Origin: Octopus sinensis
Lineage: Eukaryota
Direction of reading: 5' to 3'
Assembly (NCBI RefSeq): GCF_006345805.1
Contig: NC_043018.1
Location: 1,550,001 to 1,614,000 of the forward strand
DNA length: 64,000 nucleotides
In this document: piece after piece, positions 54,199 through 64,000 of the stretch
Layout of the letters: every line of letters starts with the position of its first letter
Numbering within the stretch: position 1 is the stretch's first letter
Program-made: the position numbers and the translations under genes
The notes under the pieces: model-generated
Database searches by the model: none
Told to the model about the DNA's origin: nothing
Seen by the model: only the letters and a program-made list of their open reading frames with translations

Positions 54199-54353
54199 TG
54201 GCTGTGTGGTAAGTAGCTTGTTTACCAACCACATGGTTCCGGGTTCAGTCCCACTGCCTGGCACTTTGGGCAAGTGTCTTCTACTATAGCCTCGGGCCGA
54301 CTAAAGCCTTGTGAATGTATTTGGTTGACGGAAACTGAAAGAAGCCCGTCGCA

Positions 54354-54384
<31 letters not shown>

Positions 54385-54555
54385 GCGTGTGTGTGTTTGT
54401 GTGTCTGTGTTTGTCCCCCTAGCATTGCTTGACAACCGATGCTGGTGTGTTTATGTCCCCGTTACTTAGCGGTTCGGCAAAAGAGACCGATAGAATAAGT
54501 ACTGTGCTCCAGCATGGCCGCAGTCAGCTGACTGAAACAAGTAAAAGAGTAAAGA
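54199..54555 (+). mobile_element. SINE family C with internal deletion
   Basis: AAGTACTG joined directly to TGCTCCAGCATGG; about 45 bp missing relative to 52538-52957. Confidence 0.9.
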
Positions 54556-54556
54556 G

Positions 54557-54635
<79 letters not shown>

Positions 54636-54729
54636 ACACTTAGACTACAAAGCATTTTTCAAAAAATAATGTTAAGCTCTCAAAGTGGAAGTCGACGTTA
54701 AAGTCCGTCGTTATCATTATTTTTATTAA

Positions 54730-54960
54730 GGCGTCTAGCTGGCAGAAATGTTTGCACGCCGGGCGAGATTCTTGGCGGTATTTCGTCTGCCGTTACGTTC
54801 TGAGTTCAAATTCTGCCGAGGTCGACTTTGCCTTTCATCCTTTCGGGGTCGATGAAATAAGTGCCAGTTACCCACTGGGGTCGATATAATCGACTTAATC
54901 CGTTTGTCTGTCCTTGTTTGTCCCCTCTATGTTTAGCTCCTTGTTGGCAATAAAGAAAGA
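54730..54960 (+). mobile_element. SINE family B1
   Basis: Complete core and CCCCTCTATGTTTAGC...AATAAAGAAA tail. Confidence 0.9.
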
Positions 54961-55902
54961 AAAAATTTAGCATGCCAAGCCAAACGCTTTATGATCTTTA
55001 TGACCTGCCGAAGTCGCCTTTGCCTTTCATCGTTTTGGGATCAACACAATTAGTAACAGATAAAACGTGGCTTTGATGTAATCAACTTAACATTGTCTCC
55101 AAACCTACTGGCTTTGTGCCAAAATTTGAAACCAGTATATTAAGATGGTAGCGCTTGACAGATATTTAAGTAGCAATGAAAATGAACTTTTCTCATAAAC
55201 AAAATATAATATACAGGTTTTGAGTATCATATTGTTGTTAAGATTTCAATGTTGTAGAAGAACGAAAATTGGTAATAAATATATCGACTCTGTGAATATT
55301 TGATACCAAATTGTGAATGTAAATAGGAGTAGGCGTGGAAGCACTACCACCTCAGACACCAACGAGCACTACAAATCTCACAGACCTAATTACATACTTG
55401 AGGGACAATGGAAATGACAGACTTTGTCTTCCCACCACTACACGAAAAAATAATTTTTATTGACACAAGAATAATTTAACACTATAAAAATAATATTCCC
55501 GAAGCTGTTGGGTTGCTCCAAAAGACTTTCACAAAAAAAATATACAAAATTTCGTGGAAACACCCACACGAAACACCAATGGAGCCACCCTATTAGACAA
55601 CAGTGGTAAGTATATCTCTTCACCGTCCTAAACTAAGTCACATTTTAAATGACGTAAGGTCCCTTAGTGTAGACGTAGCAACACTCCGCGCTTTGAAAGC
55701 CACCGTTTATAGAATACGGGTAACAACGTAGCTTTCGCGCCCGTGCAACCGCCAGTCTATCGCGTGTGGTGGATGGATTTTCAAGTTGCCACACATATTC
55801 TTAGTAGCTTAGAGTAGGCTCGAATGACAGATTATTCTTTGTGGCTAATGGCGTGAGTCGTGATTGGAAGAAGAAGACAGCAACAGCACAAGCAACAGCA
55901 CC

Positions 55903-55943
<41 letters not shown>

Positions 55944-55944
55944 C

Positions 55945-55994
<50 letters not shown>

Positions 55995-56169
55995 TAGTAG
56001 TATATATTCGTCTGTTGTAATGAAATTTGACTGCGATTTTCGCTCATCGCAAAACAACGTTCAGACATGATAATTGCTTCTACTTTACAACTAAAATGGC
56101 GACATGTCTACGTTGATACTCCGAATGTCTCCCAGATTTCATAAATAGATACCAATAATTTTTCATCAT

Positions 56170-56325
56170 TTCCAAGTATCTTCATTATTATTGTTATTAT
56201 TATTATTGTTGTTGTTGCTGTTGTTGTTACTATTATCATCATTATCATCTCCATTGTTATTATTAGTATCATTATTATTATTATTGTTAAAATTATTATT
56301 ATTATTATCATCATCATCATGATCA

Positions 56326-56374
<49 letters not shown>

Positions 56375-56396
56375 CATCATCATCATCATCATCATT

Positions 56397-56431
<35 letters not shown>

Positions 56432-56460
56432 CATCATCATCATCATCATTATTAGTATTA

Positions 56461-56505
<45 letters not shown>

Positions 56506-56711
56506 CATCATCATCATCATCATTATTAGTATTATTAGTATCATTATTATTATTATTGTTAAAATTATTATTATTATTATCATCATCATAATGATCATCA
56601 TTATTATTATTATTACTATTATTATAATTATTATTATTATTATTATCATCATCATCATCATCATCATTATCATTATTAGTATTATTAGTATTATTATCAT
56701 CATCATCATCA

Positions 56712-56745
<34 letters not shown>

Positions 56746-56764
56746 CATCATCATCATCATCATT

Positions 56765-56841
<77 letters not shown>

Positions 56842-56879
56842 TATTAGTATTATTAGTATTATTATCATCATCATCATCA

Positions 56880-56925
<46 letters not shown>

Positions 56926-56952
56926 CATCATCATCATCATCATCATCATTAG

Positions 56953-57005
<53 letters not shown>

Positions 57006-57100
57006 CATCATCATCATCATTATTAGTATTATTATTATTATTATTATTATCATCATCATCAACATCATCATCATCATCATCATCATCATTATTAATTTTA

Positions 57101-57130
<30 letters not shown>
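56170..57130. repeat. About 1-kb compound (ATT)n/(ATC)n microsatellite
   Basis: Directly visible; the interruption GTTAAAATT recurs near 56286 and 56558. Confidence 0.97.
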
Positions 57131-57131
<1 letters not shown>

Positions 57132-57454
57132 GTTTCCCTATAATTACTAAATTTCTCAAAACGAAAAGATGGTTGTATATATATTATATATATATATATA
57201 TATATAAATATCAGTACACTTTATTTATGAACACCAAAGTGGTACTTCGAAAACGTGCTTATCACTTTAGGCTCGCGGGATTAGGAGAAGAAGGACAGCG
57301 CAAGTAAAATGTAATTTTTCTTTATAATTACACATCAGAGAATAACGAATATGATGAGAAATGGTAAGTAGAACCGTTTCTAGAAGATTGGCATGTATGA
57401 ATCACATGCAAGAATACATTAGTATATTATATGTTCTATTTTTTTTATTCTTTT

Positions 57455-57660
57455 TTATTTCCTTCAGCCATTTGACTGCGGGCCCTGCAGGGGGACGACC
57501 TTTAGTCGAACACATAGACACCCCCCCCAGGACTTATTTTTTTTATCAGTATTATTATTTTGCCGTACCGCTAAGTTACGTGGATGTAAATATAAATACA
57601 CCAGCATCGATTGTCAATCGATGGTGTAGGGACAAACACAGACACACAAGCATGTACATA
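57455..57660 (-). mobile_element. SINE family C, 3' half, degraded
   Basis: CATTTGACTGCGG...CCGCTAAGTTACG...ACACCAGCATCG...GGGACAAACACAGACAC. Confidence 0.75.
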
Positions 57661-57854
57661 TATATATATATATATAGTAGTAGTAGTAGTAGTAGTAGTA
57701 GTATTTGTTGTTGTTGTTGTTGTTGTTGGTTTTGCTGTACTAGTGATATTATAATTAATATAATTACAACAGTTGCAGCGTTGAAGGTGGTTATAAGCAA
57801 TTAAATCTCTCACAGAGAGATATTCAGTAAGAGTTCTTTAAAGTAAAAGCTATT

Positions 57855-58218
57855 TCCGGGTTCAGTTCTACTGCGCGGCACCGTGGGCAAGTGTCTTCTG
57901 CTATAGCCTCGGGCCGACCAAAGCCTTGTGAGTGGATTTGATACAGAGAAACTGAAAGAAGCATGTCGCATACATATATATATATATATGCGTGTGTATA
58001 TGCTTGTGTGTCTGTGTTTGTCTCCCCTACATCGCTTCACAACCGATGCTGGTGAGCTTACGTCCCCGTAACTTAGCGGTTCGGCAAAAGAGAACCGATA
58101 GAATAAGTACTAGGCTTACAAATAATAAGTCCTGGGATCGATTTGCTCGACTAAAAGGCGGTGCTCCAGCATGACCGCAGTCAAATGACTGAAACAAGTA
58201 AAGATTAAAAGAGAGTAT
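57855..58218 (+). mobile_element. SINE family C, 5'-truncated
   Basis: Starts at the B-box (TTCCGGGTTCAG); complete tail. Confidence 0.88.
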
Positions 58219-58419
58219 AATGTGGCTGTCCTGGAAAGAACGATAGTTACTGTTGTTTAGCCCCAGGAAACATCGATTCCAGCTAGCTATACGACACAAT
58301 ATCGGTGTCCTTATATTTTCGAATATGGAGTTCAGCACCCTCATCCAGCACAAACCGACATCTTTGGACTGATTTTTTAGTTATTGCCCTTTATCAACAC
58401 AGAGTGTATTGCTGTTAAA

Positions 58420-58700
58420 TGCTAGAAATACGAGACTAGAGAAACAGCCAACAACTGATGAAGGGTCATTCTTTATGATTGTTTTCTTTTCCATTTGTGT
58501 CTTTCGTTGTTCGAAAGAATACTTCATGTTTCATGTAGTCGTGCTTCGTACTTTTCTGTTATATACGTTTCATGGCGTGCTGTGTCACATATGCAAATAT
58601 ACATACATGCATACATACACACACAGTATATATATATATATATTATATATATATATATTTACGTATAGATGTCAGTATGTACATATATGTATGCATATAT
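58420..58700 (+). repeat. Family G repeat (partner 60870-61240)
   Basis: Shared GAAA(C/T)ACG...GAAACAG-N6-7-CTGATGAAGGG..ATTC(C/T)TT and downstream TAGATGT..GTATGTACATATATGTATG. Confidence 0.55.
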
Positions 58701-58706
58701 GTACAT

Positions 58707-58738
<32 letters not shown>

Positions 58739-58749
58739 GTTTTTTTTTT

Positions 58750-59340
58750 CAATTAGTCAATTTAGGGTAGCAAAAAATCAAAGAAATTTATCGCTACCAG
58801 CGGCCTAGTGGAAAAGAGAAAATAGTCAAAGACTAAATATATAAAAATATAACATTTTAGGAGTGACCTTAACAGGCCATCGTCCACCAGAGAGCAGCCA
58901 TAACTCACACGCCAAGTAGTAGTAATTCAGAAAGAGGTCCCTAAATTGACTAATTGATAATTTTCTGAATAATTCTGAGATTGAATGGGCAGTTTTATTT
59001 ATCTGCTGATAGGTTTGGCGCGAATGCGTCGGTCTTGAAAATTTTAGACAGATATTCGGAGGATCGATACAGACGCCTCGTGTATATTTGTCTCTCCCAA
59101 GTTTTTACTGATGAAGTGTGACCTATGGTAGATTAGCTTAATTTAATTTATTAATAAGCTAATTTAATCATCAATAACACAGAAACGATGCGTCTAAAAG
59201 ATGAATTAGGGTAAATGTTTTAAATTTTCTCCTAATTTCTGAATTACTACTACTTGGCGGTGTGAGCGTTATGGATGCTCTCTCTGGTGGACGAATGGCC
59301 TGTCAAGGTCACTCCTAAATGTTATATTTTTTATTATATA
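58750..59340. mobile_element. Nested inverted-repeat element in (TA)n carrying a hammerhead (Penelope-like remnant)
   Basis: IR arms 58838-58933 / 59236-59340; second IR 58750-58767 / 58939-58956; 39-bp flanking direct repeats. Confidence 0.7.
59103..59199 (+). ncRNA. Type I hammerhead ribozyme candidate (best in window)
   Basis: TTTTA-CTGATGA-A-[GTGT...AGATTAGCTT..AAGCTAATTT...ACAC]-A-GAAA-CG ATG CG-TC|TAAAA; all core nucleotides present; GUC site after C59194. Confidence 0.7.
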
Positions 59341-59515
59341 TGTATAATATATATATATATATTATATATACGTATAGATGTAGGTATTTACATATATGTA
59401 TGCATATAGCCTATATATATATATGGTGTGTGTGTGTGTGTGTGTGTGTTATTTATGTTATATGATTGAACGCCACGCATCTTCGAAGTAAGTTTTATCT
59501 ATCTATCTATCTATC

Positions 59516-59556
<41 letters not shown>

Positions 59557-61277
59557 AGGTGTGTGTGTTTGTGTGTGTGTGCGTGTGTGTGTGTAATTGT
59601 GTGTGTACATATACGTATATACCATCTGAAGGTATACACTATTCTTTCTCTCCTTATTTACATTTCCAATCTAACATGTACATATTCTAACGTCTTCCCT
59701 AATCTTCCAATATCCACTAATGAAAATCATGTTTTATGTTTTGAAACTATTTATGTATATTTTTCATTGTTTTATGCACTTCATTCCCTCTCTTTGGAGG
59801 AACTGTGTTCAGTAAAAATTACCCGCGGGTTAATAACGTTACGATGAAAATTTCATACAATTTATTCTGCGTTTACAACGCTGTTTTAATAAAAGCCGTA
59901 ACCTTATAGAATATTAGTTTAAACTGAAATTATTTCCAAATGGGATTTCTGAAGAAAAGTGATTTTATTAATGAAAAACAAATTAAAATATATTAGGGTA
60001 AAATGAACGAAAAATAGAAGAAAAATCTATCGAAAATGTATGCTACGTTTAAAGAGATTCTGAGAATTTTGGAATATATTTGATTTGTTGGTGTGTGTTT
60101 GTGTATGTGTGTGTGTGTGTGTGAGTGTGTGTGCCTGTGTGCGTGAGTGCGTGAGTGTGCGTGTGTGAGTGTTTGTGTGGGTGTGTGTGTTTCTGTGTTT
60201 CTGTGTATGAGCATACGTGTGAACCTATGTGGATGTGTTTGAATCTGTGTGTATACAGAGAGATAGCCGGACAGATAGACTGAAACACTGATAACACACA
60301 CACTCATACGCTTACACGCACACACACACACACACACGCAGACACGCACGCGCGTTCGCATACACACACACAGCAACAACACCCCACACGCACGCACACA
60401 CGCGTAAACCACACACACACGCACATGCATAGAGGCCCATGCATAAATTCATATATACGTGCGCATGACTAATTCCACAGGCGCGCACATACACACACAT
60501 ACTTTAAAGAAACAGAACGGAGCTCCGAATCCATAATTGGGGAGTCGTTATAGAGATCCATCTGCTCAGAAGTGCCAAGAGTTAGTTTTGAAATTAAATA
60601 TATTTTAAGTTATGAAGAATGAATCTGCGAGCCATGTACCTGCTTAATTACGTTCCTAGATACATACTTATATCCACCAATGTTTCTAAGCATATATGTA
60701 TTTGAATACGTTTCCAAACACATATATATATGTATGTAGTAAGAAGGTTGCTTCGGAATCACATGATGCGTTGAAGCTTTAGTGCCTTCTATTGTAGCCC
60801 CAAGCCCATAAGGGCCTCTCGAATGAATTTTAGAGAAGGAAACCGTTCGTTCCTTGTCCTGTTTTTATTCTTTATGTGTACTGTTTTTTTTTCTTCATTT
60901 GTATTGCTTTTACGTCCTATTCTTGTCACTTTTTACCCTCTGCAAAAGAATTTTATTTAATTCATTTTGCAGGAAGGATTGCTTCGGCCGGATCGTGTTC
61001 TGCCCTTGCCTTCGAAACACGCATTGAGTCGAAACAGGGGCAGCTGATGAAGGGGAATATTCCTTGTATTGTTTGTCTTGTACTCTGCTTTTTCGTTGTT
61101 AAAAAAAGTCCGTTTCCTTGTTTGATTTTATGTTTTCGTTTCTCGTTGTGTTCTACGTTTATTTGTGGTGCCCTGTACTCATATATGCACGTATATATAC
61201 ATATAGATGTAGATGTAGGTATGTACATATATGTATGTATGTATGTATGTATACATATGTTTTATTTATTAAATTGT

Positions 61278-61311
<34 letters not shown>

Positions 61312-61515
61312 TTCGTTTTGTGATTTGGTTTGCAAGATTCTTTATGTGAGTTCGTGTGTTGAAGCATATTCTATTGTGTCTGGGGAGAGTCATTCTTTTA
61401 GTGCCTTATAATTTAACACACAGACTGGTAAAATTTATACTCATGTACATATTTATTTTTCTAAAATTTTCGTTGCGTCTTGCAAACTTCTCTATAGTTG
61501 TTCACTACATATATT

Positions 61516-61551
<36 letters not shown>

Positions 61552-61552
<1 letters not shown>

Positions 61553-61755
61553 GTGACCACGTGTGTACCGTTGGCGATTTCTTTCTTCTGTCTTCCCTTC
61601 TCTGGATCTTTCCATTTCCTATGTTTCCGACGAAGAGCTCCGCTCGAAACGTTAAGTCCTCCTTCTTTCCTTCTTTCCTGAGCGTCCAATAATACTATAT
61701 TTGTTCCACGTCCTCGCGTTGTTGTGTTTTTTTGTGCTTTCTTGTTGGATTAACT
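61552..61755 (+). mobile_element. Family F element in (TA)n with hammerhead-like motif
   Basis: GTTT-CCGACGA-A-GAGC TCC GCTC-GAAACGTT-AAGT at 61623-61657; same ends as 25012-25216. Confidence 0.72.
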
Positions 61756-61766
61756 ATATAATATTA

Positions 61767-61810
<44 letters not shown>

Positions 61811-62094
61811 TCTTCCGAATTGAAAGATCCGCTGTACTGCTGACAAGTGTTAATATTGCCCCAGAAAAAAAAAATATTGGACAGCTTTTACGAGTAAAAC
61901 CAACCGACAGAAGGACCCATGGGTTTGGCCACGAGCATGATGGTTGCATGAGCTTCATTAGCCCTGTGGTTTGGGCATCCTGCATGAACATTTGGAGACG
62001 GTTGCTCGTGACAGGACCGATGGTAGGTGAGTCTGATGTCTGAACCCCCACTTTCTCGGAGAAATAATTGGGTGATGAAATAAGATCAGAAGTG

Positions 62095-62421
62095 AGATGC
62101 TACCCAGTGAGAAGGAACTTGACTATTCAACCGTTTATTACGTATAAGACTAGCAATAAATTGTTAAACTTGAAAAGTATTTTAAATTCGATAAATGACA
62201 ATAGCCGCACACATTCGAATACCATCAAAAGTTAGCCAGATGAAGAAAAAGAAAACCAAGATACCACGAAGTGGAAAGGAACTTGGCTATTTAACCGTTT
62301 ATTACGTCTAAAATAGGCAATAAAGTGCACAACTTAAGATATGTTTTAAGCTCGATATACGAGAAATTGCCAGTAAGTATAACACACATACGTTTATCAT
62401 CAAAAGTTAGCCACATGAAGA
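62095..62421 (+). repeat. Diverged tandem duplication, about 164-bp period
   Basis: AGGAACTTG(A/G)CTATT(C/T)AACCGTTTATTACGT at 62113 and 62277; CATCAAAAGTTAGCCA(G/C)ATGAAGAA ends both units. Confidence 0.85.
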
Positions 62422-62955
62422 ACCCAGATCTTAGATAACAGTGCAATAAATAAATTTAAAAAATTCAGAGACATGATGCTTTGGAAAGTAAGAATGTGTA
62501 AGTAAGTAGAAAGTTTTGCTATAAATTGGTACAACGAGGATAACGGAATGACGTGATAGATGTTGGCATATAACTACTACTTACCAAACGTCAAAGAACT
62601 CTCAGGCGGAATTCCAATGGCAGCTAATAGATTAAATTTCATTTTATCACGATCTCCAAAGTCTGTCATTGCAGACTGCAGGTGTAGTGTCATCTTTAAT
62701 TTCATTTCCTTTAAAAACTCTTTTACTTAAATAGAATTTATTAATATTTTATACACACAGACATTCATAGAAGAATGTTATATGTGCGTGTAGGGTGGGT
62801 GTCTGTGCTTCTATGTTTATGTTGTGCCATTTATCTTTAATTATTTTGCTTGCTTCAATCATTGGATGGCAGTCATGCTGCGGCATTTAACGAATCGACT
62901 CTTGTGCTTGTCTGATACGTATTGTTTCGATAAACCTCGCCAATCCCCTAATATA

Positions 62956-63172
62956 TGTTTCTTTATTACCCACAAGGGGCTAAACATAGAGGGGACAAAC
63001 AAGGACAGACAAACGGATTAAGTCGATTATATCAACCCCAGTGCGTAACTGGTACTTAATTTATCGACCCCGAAAGGATGAAAGGCAATGTCGACCTCGG
63101 CGGAATTTGAACTCAGAACGTAGCGGCAGACGAAATACGGCTACGCATTTCGCCCGGCGTGCTAACGGTTCT
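62956..63172 (-). mobile_element. SINE family B1, slightly 5'-truncated
   Basis: 17-bp direct repeat GCCAATCCCCTAATATA at 62939-62955 and 63173-63189 (TSD overlapping the SINE TGGC). Confidence 0.93.
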
Positions 63173-63451
63173 GCCAATCCCCTAATATAGGGTACGTAAG
63201 CAAAGCGACATCGGTTGTCAAATAGTGTATAGAACAACATACATACACACACCTACACACACACACACACATATATATATATGTGCACACACACACACAC
63301 ACAGGCACACATACGCACACAAACAGACACTCACAGTGACACGTATATTGGACCATCCCATAACTAATGAGTTTTGTTTTTTTAAATGTTCTTTCATTTT
63401 TCAGAATTAAGATAAACGAAGTTAGTTTTTGATCTAAAATATACTCTCTTT

Positions 63452-63748
63452 GTGGAGGCGCAACTGCGCAGTGGTTAGGGCAGCGAACTCGCGGTCGGAG
63501 GATCGCGGTTTCGATTCCCACACCGGGCGAAAACACCTAAAGCTCCACGAGGCCCCGGCAGGGCGGTGGGGGGTAGCGACCCTTGTTATACTCTTTCGCC
63601 CCACCTTTCTTTCACTCTTTCTTCCTATTTCTTGGGTAACGCTGCGATGAACTAGCGTCGCGTCCAGCTGAGGGGTCACATACGCCACAGAAACCGGGAA
63701 ACCGGGCCCGTGAGCCTGGCTAGGCTTGAAAAGGGCCGCATAAAAAAT
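63452..63748 (+). mobile_element. SINE family A head with tail type 3
   Basis: Family A head, then GGGTAACGCTGCGATGAACTAGCGTCGCGTCCAG...ACAGAAACCGGGAAACCGGG...GCATAAAAAA; 10-bp TSD TACTCTCTTT at 63442-63451 and 63749-63758. Confidence 0.9.
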
Positions 63749-63860
63749 TACTCTCTTTCATTTTCTACAGTGCTCTCCTATCTATCCGGTAGAGATGCAA
63801 AGCCCCTCTTTCAAAATTCTCTTGTGTATTCATGTATTTTTATCTGCATGTGCGTGTTGT

Positions 63861-64000
63861 ATATGATGGAAGCACTCCGTCGGTTGCGACGACGAGGGTT
63901 CCGGTTGATCCGAATCAACGGAACAGCCTGCTCGTGAAATTAACGTGCAAGTGGCTGAGCACTCCACAGGCACGTGTACCCTTAACGTAGTTCTCGGGGA
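63861..64000 (-). mobile_element. SINE family A type 1 tail, cut by the window edge
   Basis: TGGAAGCACTCCGTCGGTT...GTAGTTCTCGGGGA matches 7176-7309. Confidence 0.9.

Overview
AT-rich, extremely microsatellite-dense animal genomic DNA. The SINE, MITE and LINE repertoire resembles what I recall from Octopus or another coleoid cephalopod (inference, not a database result). I found no host protein-coding gene I can support. Most listed ORFs are translations of (TA)n, (TG)n, (GATA)n or (ATT)n tracts. The protein-like sequence is decayed transposon: two CR1-group LINE pieces, one R4/Dong-like LINE, a possible RTE piece, three mariner fragments and one DD37D/maT-like fragment. The rest is mainly tRNA-derived SINEs (three main families, many with clear TSDs), mariner and piggyBac MITEs, and a Helitron-like element. 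The most interesting signal is a set of short non-coding elements, mostly embedded in (TA)n and often folded back as inverted repeats. They carry type I hammerhead-ribozyme-like motifs with palindromic stem III and recurring atypical core features, in at least five unrelated sequence families. This fits non-autonomous Penelope-like or retrozyme elements, but self-cleavage is untested. Other oddities: a LINE flanked by a 101-bp direct repeat, SINE head/tail swapping, a recurrent SINE dimer, and an (AAT)n-embedded element with a triple stutter. There is one 100-N assembly gap.
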